DNA of 15,042 bases from the NCBI GenBank assembly GCA_963521995.1, contig CAUQXD010000015.1, positions 1-15,042 on the forward strand. Direction: 5' to 3'. This document shows positions 1 through 7,290 of this stretch, one piece after another. Positions within the stretch are counted from its first letter, which is position 1. Every line of letters begins with the position of its first letter. The notes beneath the pieces were generated by a model. It was not told the DNA's origin. It made no database searches and saw nothing but the letters and a program-made list of their open reading frames with translations. Both the position numbers and the translations under genes were made by a program. The stretch comes from an uncultured Candidatus Saccharibacteria bacterium. GTDB taxonomy: Bacteria; Patescibacteriota; Saccharimonadia; Saccharimonadales; Saccharimonadaceae.

Positions 1-212
1 TTTTCCAAGCAGTCAATCCGCTGGTGCCGATGACTTATTCTATTCGGGCGCTGCGCCAGGCTATATCGGGAGGTTTAGGCGGTTCGTTCTATAGCGATAG
101 CATGTGGGTGCTGGCTGGATTCTTGCTGGCAGCTAACTTGTTGACAATCGGTTTCTTTATCTACCGCGGCAAGCGCAAATTTGCTCATACTTCGGTGGAT
201 GGCGACGATTAA
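1..212 (+). CDS. C-terminal fragment of an integral membrane protein (YhgE/Pip-like or ABC-2 permease-like); 5' end lies outside the window
   Basis: Frame 3 is open from the window edge (FQAVNPLVPMTYSIRALRQAISGG...) to TAA at 210-212. It ends in a hydrophobic helix (WVLAGFLLAANLLTIGFFIY) followed by a basic RGKRK patch. The family assignment is by resemblance only. Confidence 0.45.
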   Translation, partial: FQAVNPLVPMTYSIRALRQAISGGLGGSFYSDSMWVLAGFLLAANLLTIGFFIYRGKRKFAHTSVDGDD

Positions 213-233
213 ACCTCTTTCAAATTTCTAAGG

Positions 234-273
234 AAATGCCGGCGTCTTAAGGGAAAACGGCGCTGGCATTTTA
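234..273 (+). terminator. Rho-independent terminator of the upstream membrane protein gene
   Basis: AAATGCCGGCG (234-244) pairs with CGCTGGCATTT (261-271), giving an 11-bp stem with one G-U pair. The T run at 269-272 is short. Confidence 0.55.
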
Positions 274-291
274 GTTGGCGCAGGGTCATTT

Positions 292-320
292 TTGACAAAA
301 TACGGGCAGTTTGCTAAAAT
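292..320 (+). promoter_or_regulatory. Sigma70-type promoter for rnj (TTGACA-17 nt-TAAAAT with TGc extended -10)
   Basis: TTGACA lies at 292-297, followed by a 17-nt spacer that ends in TGC, then TAAAAT at 315-320. The predicted TSS is near 327, which leaves an ~83-nt leader before the SD-led ATG at 410. Confidence 0.6.
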
Positions 321-409
321 AAAGCTACTAACGAGAGGGATTTCTAGCGAGTAAAAGCACCTCTCTACCTGGTTTTTAGATTATTGTAATAAAAAAGGAG
401 TATAACAAT

Positions 410-2578
410 ATGGGTCAGCGGCGACTGGCAACACCGCAGAAGGACGATACTAAAAAGCGTCCACAATCGAAAAAAAGCAACAATGCAGTATTAAACAGCA
501 CTACCACTCGTAAGGGTGAAGTTTTTCGCGCGCAGCGACGAACAAGCGAGAACGTTAATCTCAGAGCGTCGCAGCACGTGATCGATATTCCGGTCAACAA
601 ATCAGTTTACAACGGCTATGGCGGCGAGCAATTTAGCGCCAAAATGCAGCCAAAACGTACTCGCGGCGGCAAGCCAAAACTACGAATCATCCCAATCGGT
701 GGTGTCGGCGAAATGGGCATCGGTAAAAATATGAACGCCATTGAGTATGACGATGAGATTATCGTTGTCGATATGGGCTTCCTGTTTCCAGGTAGTGATT
801 ATCCAGGCATCAACTACATTACGCCAGACATCACCTGGCTAGAAGAAAATAAGCACAAGATTAAGGCGCATGTGTTTACTCACGGACATCTGGATCACAT
901 AGGTTCTTTCCGGCACTTTATTCACCGAATTCCAGCGCCGGTCTACGCGTCGAAGTTTACTATCGGTATGCTGGATAAGTCGATGGCTGATGCCGATACT
1001 GATTTCCAGCCAGACTTTCGGGTGATGGATCCATTGAGCCATGAAATTGTTCAGGTATCGAAGCACTTTTCGGTGGAGTTGGTGCGGGTAAACCACTCGA
1101 TTCCTGACTCGACAGCGGTGATTATTCGGACACCATTGGGTGTGATAATTGACTCTGGTGACTGGCGATTTGAGGAAAGTCCGGTTGACGGTCAGAAGTT
1201 TGATCTCAAGCGGATGACCGAAGTGGCGTCCAAAGAAGGCGTGTTGATGTTCATGAACGAATCGACCAACTGTGAGTCGGCTGGTACGCACACGCACACT
1301 GAGTTTGATATTCAATATTCCATTGGTCAGGTGATGGATAAATTCAGTAACAGTCGAGTGATTTTGAGCTGTTTCTCATCGCAGGTGCACCGCTTGCAAT
1401 TGATTTTGGAAGAAGCACACAAGCACGGCCGCAAGGTGGCATTTGCCGGCTTTTCAATGATTCAGAACCTGGAAGTGGCGCTGCGTTCAGGAACTATCAA
1501 GATCCCGAAAGATACCGTCATGAAGATGGAGGATATCATCAAGCTGCCGGATAACCAAATCACCGTGGTCTGTACTGGTTCGCAGGGTGAATTTAATGCC
1601 GTGTTGAGCCGCATGGCGACTGGCGCGCATAAATACATGAAGATTAAAGGCTCTGACGTGGTGGTGTTTAGCTCTAACCCAATTCCGGGCAACGAGAAAA
1701 ACGTGGTGCGAACAGTTGATGGCTTGATGCGCGAAGGTTCTGATGTGATTCAGAACGGCAAGACACACTTGACGGGGATTGGACCGCTGCATTTGTCGGG
1801 TCATGGTTACTACGACGATCACGTTAAGTTGATTAACGCCCTGAACCCAACGTACTATATGCCAATTCACGGCGAATTTCACATGTTGGTTTACAATGCT
1901 CGGCTGGCAGAAAAAGAGTGCGGGATTCCGCGGAAGAATATCTTTGTGTGCGACGCCGGCGATATTATTGAAATTGATATTGAGCGGCAAGCTAAGAAAG
2001 CCGGTCGGATTCAGGCTGGCGGCGTGATGTATGATGATACGGGCGCTATCGTTTCTGAGGTGGTATTGAAAGACCGCATTCATATGTCTCAAGAGGGAAT
2101 GTTTGTAGTAGTCCTGACGGTGCAGCGCGGTACAGGACGGCTGTTGACTAGCCCGGATATCATTTCCCGCGGTTTCATATATCTACGCGATTCCGAGGAA
2201 TTGATGAATATGATTCGCCAGTACTTGAAGCAGAAGGCAGCACGCAGTTTTGTTGGCAAGTACGACCTTGATGTGGTAAAGAAAGAAATTAAGGATGAAA
2301 TTACCCATATATTATATGACCAGACCAGGCGGACGCCGATCGTTATTCCGGTAATTAACGAGGTTGGCGGTTTGAAAACGGTAAAATCGACTGCTGCTTC
2401 GAATACTTCTATCGCAAAGACACCGGTGCGCAGCAAAAAATCTGCCGCCGCTTCAGCGGAAGAGCCAAAAATGACTCTGTCAACTATGCCGCGCCGCCGT
2501 TTCCCGCGCCGCCAGGTGCCAGACACCGAGGCGAATGATACGAAGGCCCGGGAACGACATGACGTGCGTCCGTACTAG
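410..2578 (+). CDS. rnj: Ribonuclease J (metallo-beta-lactamase/beta-CASP RNase) with N- and C-terminal basic low-complexity extensions
   Basis: 722-aa ORF with SD AAGGAG (395-400) 9 nt before the ATG. It carries the HxHxDH motif (HVFTHGHLDHIG). The core from about aa 90 (LRIIPIGGVGEMGIGKNMNAIEYDDEIIVVDMG...) is collinear with the start of Bacillus RNase J1. The ~560-aa core length fits the MBL + beta-CASP + C-terminal domain layout. Confidence 0.9.
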   Translation: MGQRRLATPQKDDTKKRPQSKKSNNAVLNSTTTRKGEVFRAQRRTSENVNLRASQHVIDIPVNKSVYNGYGGEQFSAKMQPKRTRGGKPKLRIIPIGGVGEMGIGKNMNAIEYDDEIIVVDMGFLFPGSDYPGINYITPDITWLEENKHKIKAHVFTHGHLDHIGSFRHFIHRIPAPVYASKFTIGMLDKSMADADTDFQPDFRVMDPLSHEIVQVSKHFSVELVRVNHSIPDSTAVIIRTPLGVIIDSGDWRFEESPVDGQKFDLKRMTEVASKEGVLMFMNESTNCESAGTHTHTEFDIQYSIGQVMDKFSNSRVILSCFSSQVHRLQLILEEAHKHGRKVAFAGFSMIQNLEVALRSGTIKIPKDTVMKMEDIIKLPDNQITVVCTGSQGEFNAVLSRMATGAHKYMKIKGSDVVVFSSNPIPGNEKNVVRTVDGLMREGSDVIQNGKTHLTGIGPLHLSGHGYYDDHVKLINALNPTYYMPIHGEFHMLVYNARLAEKECGIPRKNIFVCDAGDIIEIDIERQAKKAGRIQAGGVMYDDTGAIVSEVVLKDRIHMSQEGMFVVVLTVQRGTGRLLTSPDIISRGFIYLRDSEELMNMIRQYLKQKAARSFVGKYDLDVVKKEIKDEITHILYDQTRRTPIVIPVINEVGGLKTVKSTAASNTSIAKTPVRSKKSAAASAEEPKMTLSTMPRRRFPRRQVPDTEANDTKARERHDVRPY

Positions 2579-2579
2579 A

Positions 2580-2608
2580 TTGATTTTATGAACAAATCAT
2601 GTTATAAT
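2580..2608 (+). promoter_or_regulatory. Distal promoter upstream of ftsK (TTGATT-17 nt-TATAAT with TGt extended -10)
   Basis: TTGATT lies at 2580-2585, starting 2 nt after the rnj stop. A 17-nt spacer ends in TGT, followed by TATAAT at 2603-2608. The predicted TSS is near 2615. Confidence 0.5.
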
Positions 2609-2622
2609 ATGGAGGTGTAGCA

Positions 2623-2657
2623 GGTTAACGTTTCTATCTGTTAAGAAGCGTTAAACC
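2623..2657 (+). promoter_or_regulatory. Hairpin in the rnj-ftsK intergenic/leader region
   Basis: GGTTAACG (2623-2630) pairs with CGTTAAACC (2649-2657), an 8-bp stem with one bulged A and an 18-nt loop. No U-tract follows, so it is not a canonical terminator. Confidence 0.35.
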
Positions 2658-2661
2658 AGTG

Positions 2662-2667
2662 TATAAT
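2662..2667 (+). promoter_or_regulatory. Proximal -10 box (TATAAT) 10 nt upstream of the ftsK ATG
   Basis: TATAAT at 2662-2667 is followed by agaaac and then AGTTATG. There is no Shine-Dalgarno. The -35 is weak (TGTTAA/TTAAGA around 2639-2646). Confidence 0.4.
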
Positions 2668-2677
2668 AGAAACAGTT

Positions 2678-4891
2678 ATGGCAAAAAAACGAAAGAGTTC
2701 AAAAAAATCTACACCTGTTAAGCCGCAGCACAGTTTGCCAGCGGGCTTTTGGTCGCAAGTTGGGGCGGTACTGCTAATATTACTATCGTTGTTATTGGTG
2801 GTATCATGGTTTGGCGTTGGTGGTCCGGTCCTTCGGTGGATTGATATGGCGGCCACTAAGACAATTGGCTACACCGCTTATGCTTTACCGGTATTATTGA
2901 TTTATTTGGCGGTTGAGACTTTTCGGGCGGAGGATAACCAGTTGCCGGTGGTGGTGAAATTTGCGGCGGTTTTAGAGATTGTCTGGTTTTCCGGGTTGTT
3001 TGGGTTGCTAAAGACATCTTTGAGACCAGATGCTGGCGGATTTGTTGGTGACATATTGAATACAGCTACGTTGAAGATGGTGGATTCGGCAATTGCTGCA
3101 ATATTTTACCTAGTTATGGCGTTTATTACAGTGCTATTTATTACTCAGACGTCGCCGTTTACGGTATTTAGTAAGTTATGGCAAATGATTAAAAGCGATA
3201 GATCAGAAGACGACAAAAATCGTTCTATCATGAAGCAGGCGGCAAAATCCCAATCAACGGATGAAGATAAAAAGGTGAGTTTGGGGGATATTAAGCTCAA
3301 TGCTGGTGTGCCAATTATTAATACAAATAAAGAGAAAAAGAGTTTATTAAAGCGAGCAGAAAAGCCAGAGAAAGTCAGTGAAGAACAGGCCTTGGTGGCA
3401 ACTCGTGATCCGAATTGGCAAGCACCAAGCTTAGACCTGTTAGAGAAGAATGAAGGTGGTGCGGATGCTGGTGATACGAGGCAAAATGCGCAGATTATTC
3501 ACGATACGCTGTCGGAATTTAACATTGATGCAGCAATGGGCGATATAAACGTTGGGCCGAAGGTAACTCAGTACACCCTAAGACCACCAAGTGGTGTGAA
3601 ATTGACGCGAATTACAGCTCTGGAGACAAATATTGCGCTTAATTTGGCAGCACAAAGCTTGAGGATTGAAGCGCCGATTCCTGGCCAAAAAGCAGTGGGA
3701 ATTGAGGTGCCAAACCGTAAGGCGGCTGAGGTGCGTCTTTATAGTACTTTGGTTTCAAAGCAGTGGACGACGTCGCGCGATCCGCTGAGTTTTACTATTG
3801 GTAAGGATATTTCTGGGCAAGTCGTGGTTGGTGAACTGGGAAAGATGCCGCACTTGTTGATCGCTGGACAGACCGGTTCTGGTAAGTCGGTGATGATCAA
3901 TACGCTGCTGTCTAGTTTGCTTTACCGTAATAGTCCGAGCGACATGAAACTGATTTTGGTTGACCCGAAGCAGGTGGAAATGGCACCGTATGAGGATATT
4001 CCGCATTTGCTTACCCCTGTTATTACCGAGCCAGAAAAGACGATTTCGGCGCTGAAGTGGGCGGTTAACGAAATGGAGCGGCGATATAAATTATTGGCGG
4101 CAGAGAAAATTCGCAATATTCGAGATTATAATAAAAAGTTGCAGTCGCGCGCTAAAAAGATTGCTATCGCTGATGAAAACGGCAATGTCCAGCAGCATGA
4201 GGACGGTTCGATGCCGTACATAGTGATCGTGGTGGACGAAATGGCGGATTTGATGATGATTGCCAAACGCGATGTTGAAGCGCTAATTGTTCGCTTGGCG
4301 CAGAAGGCCCGTGCGGTTGGTATTCATCTGGTGCTGGCGACGCAACGCCCGAGTGTTGATGTGATCACTGGTTTGATTAAAGCGAATGTGCCAGCGCGTA
4401 TTTCGTTTACGGTCGCTAGCCAGGTGGACAGTATGACGATTTTAGACCAAGCGGGCGCCGAAAAGCTGCTGGGCCAGGGCGATATGCTATTCTATACGCC
4501 AAGCATGAGCAAGCCGAAGCGCATCCAGGGCGCGTGGGTAACCGACGATGAAGTGAATAAAATAACTGATCATTTGCGAATGCAGATGGCGCCGCAATAT
4601 AACGATGAGGTGGTGGCGCAGCCGGTACAATTGAACGGCAAGGGCGGCGTGGTGATGGATTTCTCTGAGGGTGGCGATGATAAATTTAAGGATGCGGTAC
4701 GCGTGGTGGTTGAGCGGCGTAAGGCTTCGACAAGTATGCTACAGACTCGGCTAGGTATTGGCTACCAGCGGGCGGCGCGGATTATTGAAGAGATGGAGGA
4801 GCGGGGTATTATTGGTGCAGCGAATGGTTCAAAGCCGCGCGATGTGTTAATCTCTAGTGTCGAAGAATTAGATGAACTGTTGGCGGAATAG
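2678..4891 (+). CDS. ftsK: DNA translocase FtsK/SpoIIIE
   Basis: 737 aa. The N-terminus has several hydrophobic helices, followed by a charged linker. The motor has Walker A GQTGSGKS, Walker B YIVIVVDEMADL and the LATQRPS motif. The C-terminus has a gamma winged-helix domain (STSMLQTRLGIGYQRAARIIEEMEERGIIG). Confidence 0.93.
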   Translation: MAKKRKSSKKSTPVKPQHSLPAGFWSQVGAVLLILLSLLLVVSWFGVGGPVLRWIDMAATKTIGYTAYALPVLLIYLAVETFRAEDNQLPVVVKFAAVLEIVWFSGLFGLLKTSLRPDAGGFVGDILNTATLKMVDSAIAAIFYLVMAFITVLFITQTSPFTVFSKLWQMIKSDRSEDDKNRSIMKQAAKSQSTDEDKKVSLGDIKLNAGVPIINTNKEKKSLLKRAEKPEKVSEEQALVATRDPNWQAPSLDLLEKNEGGADAGDTRQNAQIIHDTLSEFNIDAAMGDINVGPKVTQYTLRPPSGVKLTRITALETNIALNLAAQSLRIEAPIPGQKAVGIEVPNRKAAEVRLYSTLVSKQWTTSRDPLSFTIGKDISGQVVVGELGKMPHLLIAGQTGSGKSVMINTLLSSLLYRNSPSDMKLILVDPKQVEMAPYEDIPHLLTPVITEPEKTISALKWAVNEMERRYKLLAAEKIRNIRDYNKKLQSRAKKIAIADENGNVQQHEDGSMPYIVIVVDEMADLMMIAKRDVEALIVRLAQKARAVGIHLVLATQRPSVDVITGLIKANVPARISFTVASQVDSMTILDQAGAEKLLGQGDMLFYTPSMSKPKRIQGAWVTDDEVNKITDHLRMQMAPQYNDEVVAQPVQLNGKGGVVMDFSEGGDDKFKDAVRVVVERRKASTSMLQTRLGIGYQRAARIIEEMEERGIIGAANGSKPRDVLISSVEELDELLAE

Positions 4892-4900
4892 TATAAAAGA

Positions 4901-4929
4901 TTGACCAAATAATATCTATATTGTAAAAA
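4901..4929 (+). promoter_or_regulatory. Possible promoter of the 210-aa ORF (TTGACC-17 nt-TAAAAA)
   Basis: TTGACC at 4901-4906 is followed by a 17-nt spacer and TAAAAA at 4924-4929. The ATG at 4935 has no SD. The -10 lacks the conserved final T, so this call is weak. Confidence 0.3.
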
Positions 4930-4934
4930 ACTTT

Positions 4935-5567
4935 ATGAATGAGCATTTTCCCGGAAGTTATGACTTAGCTCCTGACCAAGATACTCTTGTCACTATAGTA
5001 CAAGCAGCAGGTAAAGTTCTTAAAGAGAAGGGTATTGAAGGGCTAGAGAATGGTCGCTATAAAATAGACGATAGTAGTGCTGCTGCGAACATTTTTACAT
5101 GTAAACTATCGCCAGAAATAGTATATCATATTTTTTCAATTCCACTAGAAACCATTCGCGTTTCTTCGGACGGTCATGCGGAGGGGTGCGAAATAATCTA
5201 TTTACCAGAATCTATGTTGGAAGATGGTAAACAATGTTCCGCTGAATTAGGTTTGTACGTTACTGAGGCGGTAGGTCGTTCAGGTGGCTTACCGCCACTT
5301 CATATAGAGCACAGCTGGATTATTAGAGGTTGGAAGGATCAATGTCTTGAGGGAGAGTATAAGGTCGAATATTCCATAGATGGACGAAGAGTAAGTCTGA
5401 GTAATCTTGATCTAGAAAGTTTGGATTTGAGAAACCCTGAAGATATCAGAAGATTAATCGCCGACATAAGAAACAGTACTAAATCTCTCGGTGTTGACGA
5501 TATAGATACTATCTACAGGCTAATTGACACGATATCGCAGAGTGGGTATAATATAAGCAAATATTAA
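4935..5567 (+). CDS. Hypothetical acidic cytoplasmic protein, 210 aa, no family recognised
   Basis: A long ORF fills the whole ftsK-rpsF gap on the same strand as its neighbours. It has no TM segment or signal peptide, is D/E-rich, and has no motif I can assign. Confidence 0.55.
   Translation: MNEHFPGSYDLAPDQDTLVTIVQAAGKVLKEKGIEGLENGRYKIDDSSAAANIFTCKLSPEIVYHIFSIPLETIRVSSDGHAEGCEIIYLPESMLEDGKQCSAELGLYVTEAVGRSGGLPPLHIEHSWIIRGWKDQCLEGEYKVEYSIDGRRVSLSNLDLESLDLRNPEDIRRLIADIRNSTKSLGVDDIDTIYRLIDTISQSGYNISKY
5524..5552 (+). promoter_or_regulatory. Perfect-consensus sigma70 promoter for the rpsF-ssb-rpsR operon, embedded in the 3' end of the 210-aa ORF
   Basis: TTGACA (5524-5529), an exactly 17-nt spacer (cgatatcgcagagtggg), then TATAAT (5547-5552). 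The predicted TSS is near 5559-5560, giving a ~64-nt leader. Confidence 0.65.
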
Positions 5568-5623
5568 CCTAAGCTTATGTGAGACAGCGTAAGCATCCGT
5601 AAATGGATTCCAAAGGAGGAAAC

Positions 5624-5977
5624 ATGAACGAATATGAGCTAACCGTTCTTATTCACCCGGATTTAGAGTCTACTTTAGATTCGGCGTTGGATAAGGTTCG
5701 CGGTTTAATCACCACCAACGGCGGTGAAATCACCAAAGAAGATAATTGGGGCAAGAAAAAATTGGCCTACACCATCAAACGTGAAGATTTTGCTATTTAC
5801 GTTTGTTTTGAGGTAAAGCTGCCAGCGCCAGCTTTATTGAAGATTTCCAATACGCTTAACATTACTGACGAAGTACTACGCTACCTGTTGGTAAAAACTG
5901 ATGAAAAAACTCGCCAGGCATTAAGCGAGCAAAAAGCACGCAACGAAGAAGCTGATTCAAGCGAATCAAATAAATAA
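5624..5977 (+). CDS. rpsF: 30S ribosomal protein S6
   Basis: MNEYELTVLIHPDLES matches the canonical S6 N-terminus (M-x-x-YE-hydrophobic...HP). SD AAGGAGG (5613-5619) lies inside the longer ORF-track call. The ATG at 5603 has no SD, so I place the start at 5624. Confidence 0.9.
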   Translation: MNEYELTVLIHPDLESTLDSALDKVRGLITTNGGEITKEDNWGKKKLAYTIKREDFAIYVCFEVKLPAPALLKISNTLNITDEVLRYLLVKTDEKTRQALSEQKARNEEADSSESNK

Positions 5978-6012
5978 GCCTAACTGCCGCAAGGTAAAAG
6001 AGGGGATAGAAT

Positions 6013-6435
6013 ATGGCACGAAGCATCAATCAAGTAATTTTACTGGGTAGATTGACACGCGATCCAGAGCAGCGAACAACAGCTTCTGGCAAAAACGTAG
6101 TCAGTTTTAGTATCGCGGTTGATCGACCAACTCAGGATGATCAGGCAGACTTTTTCAATATTACCGCCTGGGAAAAACTTGGTGATTTGGTGATGCAATA
6201 TTTGAGTAAAGGTCGTCGGGTTTTAGTGCAGGGACGACTACGGCAAGACAGTTGGGAAGATAAGGAAACTGGCAAAAGACAGAGTCGAATTGAAGTTACC
6301 GCTTCAGACGTAACATTCTTGGACGGTCCAAGTGGCGATAATTCAGGCTCTGCAGCACCAAAGACTACTAAAAAAGAGGAAGTTGTGACGGAAATTGACG
6401 ATAAGCCAATTGACCTGAGCGAAATCCCATTCTAA
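6013..6435 (+). CDS. ssb: Single-stranded DNA-binding protein
   Basis: OB-fold N-terminus ([19 protein letters not shown]...), a flexible Gly/Ser-rich linker and the C-terminal acidic tip DLSEIPF. It sits in the conserved rpsF-ssb-rpsR position, with SD AGAGGGG upstream. Confidence 0.92.
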   Translation: MARSINQVILLGRLTRDPEQRTTASGKNVVSFSIAVDRPTQDDQADFFNITAWEKLGDLVMQYLSKGRRVLVQGRLRQDSWEDKETGKRQSRIEVTASDVTFLDGPSGDNSGSAAPKTTKKEEVVTEIDDKPIDLSEIPF

Positions 6436-6448
6436 TAAGGAGATAATA

Positions 6449-6646
6449 ATGGCACAAGTGAAGAAAAATCCACCAATTATTTTTGACTATAAAGACGTAA
6501 AGACTTTACAGCGCTATATCAATGTTTATGGTCAAATCGAGCCGATCAGCAAGACTGGCTTAAGTGAAAAGCAACAGCGAAGTTTGGCGGTAGCAATTAA
6601 GCGAGCTCGCCATTTGGCGCTATTGCCATTTGTGGCTAGCAACTAG
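6449..6646 (+). CDS. rpsR: 30S ribosomal protein S18
   Basis: 65 aa with [13 protein letters not shown]...[21 protein letters not shown], the typical S18 signature. SD AAGGAG lies 7 nt upstream. Confidence 0.92.
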   Translation: MAQVKKNPPIIFDYKDVKTLQRYINVYGQIEPISKTGLSEKQQRSLAVAIKRARHLALLPFVASN

Positions 6647-6660
6647 GAATATTAAACAGG

Positions 6661-6703
6661 ATATCTCGTTGCTATTACATATTTGGCAGCGAGATATTTT
6701 ATT
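6661..6703 (+). terminator. Rho-independent terminator after rpsR
   Basis: ATATCTCGTTGC (6661-6672) pairs with GCAGCGAGATAT (6686-6697), a 12-bp stem with one G-U and a 13-nt loop, followed by TTTATT. Confidence 0.75.
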
Positions 6704-6717
6704 GGAAGGGAATATGT

Positions 6718-7278
6718 ATGTATCAACCAACTGATTTGAAAAAAGGAGTAGTTTGTCAGATTGACGGTAAGCCGTATCGAGTCGTGGAGTACGGACAGAA
6801 GGTCATGGGTCGTGGCGGCTCAATCGTTAACGTTAAGCTGAAGAATTTGATTGACGGTAGTGTTATTCCAAAGACGTTTAAGGGTCAAGAGCGTATCGAG
6901 GCTGCGGAAGTAAACAATAAGACTGCGCAATATTTGTATAACGACGGCAATAAATTTTACTTTATGGATCCGGTTAGCTTTGAGCAGTTTGAATTGGCGG
7001 CGGAAATCGTGGACGATGCCAGCAAATATTTGAAGGAAGGTGACGAGTTAAGTCTGCAATTCTTTGACGGTCGAGTAATTAATGTCGAATTGCCAAAGAA
7101 CAAATATTTGGAAGTTACTTATACCGAGGACGTAGTGAAGGGCGATACGACCTCATCAGTATTAAAGGATGCTACATTGGAAACTGGTTTGGTGGTAAAA
7201 GTTCCAGCGTTCATTAAGCAGGGCGATATTATTAGTGTCGACACATCAACGGGCGAGTATCGCGAGCGAAAGAAGTAG
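6718..7278 (+). CDS. efp: Translation elongation factor P
   Basis: 186 aa, collinear with E. coli EF-P over its full length (e.g. YLYNDGNKFYFMD vs YLYNDGEFWHFMN; VVKVPAFIKQGDIISVDTSTGEY vs [23 protein letters not shown]). Confidence 0.92.
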   Translation: MYQPTDLKKGVVCQIDGKPYRVVEYGQKVMGRGGSIVNVKLKNLIDGSVIPKTFKGQERIEAAEVNNKTAQYLYNDGNKFYFMDPVSFEQFELAAEIVDDASKYLKEGDELSLQFFDGRVINVELPKNKYLEVTYTEDVVKGDTTSSVLKDATLETGLVVKVPAFIKQGDIISVDTSTGEYRERKK

Positions 7279-7290
7279 TAATTTTTTTAA

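Noticed and set aside
415-2526. Five minus-strand ORFs (61-201 aa) inside rnj (415-600, 839-1315, 1462-1692, 1487-2092, 2089-2526)
   Set aside because: They are entirely antisense to a confidently identified RNase J gene. Their sequences are low-complexity and R/H/V-rich with no motifs. These are shadow ORFs.
2609-2620. Mini-ORF ATG GAG GTG TAG with a GGAGGTG Shine-Dalgarno-like string right after the distal ftsK promoter
   Set aside because: The ATG abuts the -10 hexamer, so it would lie upstream of the predicted TSS. No start codon lies at a proper distance downstream of the GGAGG.
2641-4116. Minus-strand ORFs overlapping ftsK (2641-2856, 3755-4006, 3922-4116)
   Set aside because: They are antisense shadows of ftsK, with no start context or recognisable features.
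5603-5623. Upstream ATG giving a 124-aa S6 (ORF-track start)
   Set aside because: It has no SD, and the extension MDSKGGN would be encoded by the SD sequence itself. The S6 family N-terminus aligns to the ATG at 5624.
6647-6717. A separate promoter for efp-tlyA in the rpsR-efp gap
   Set aside because: The gap is almost fully occupied by the terminator hairpin. I found only poor -35/-10 matches (TTGCTA ... no acceptable -10 at 17 nt), so I cannot support a call. efp may rely on read-through or on a promoter I cannot recognise.
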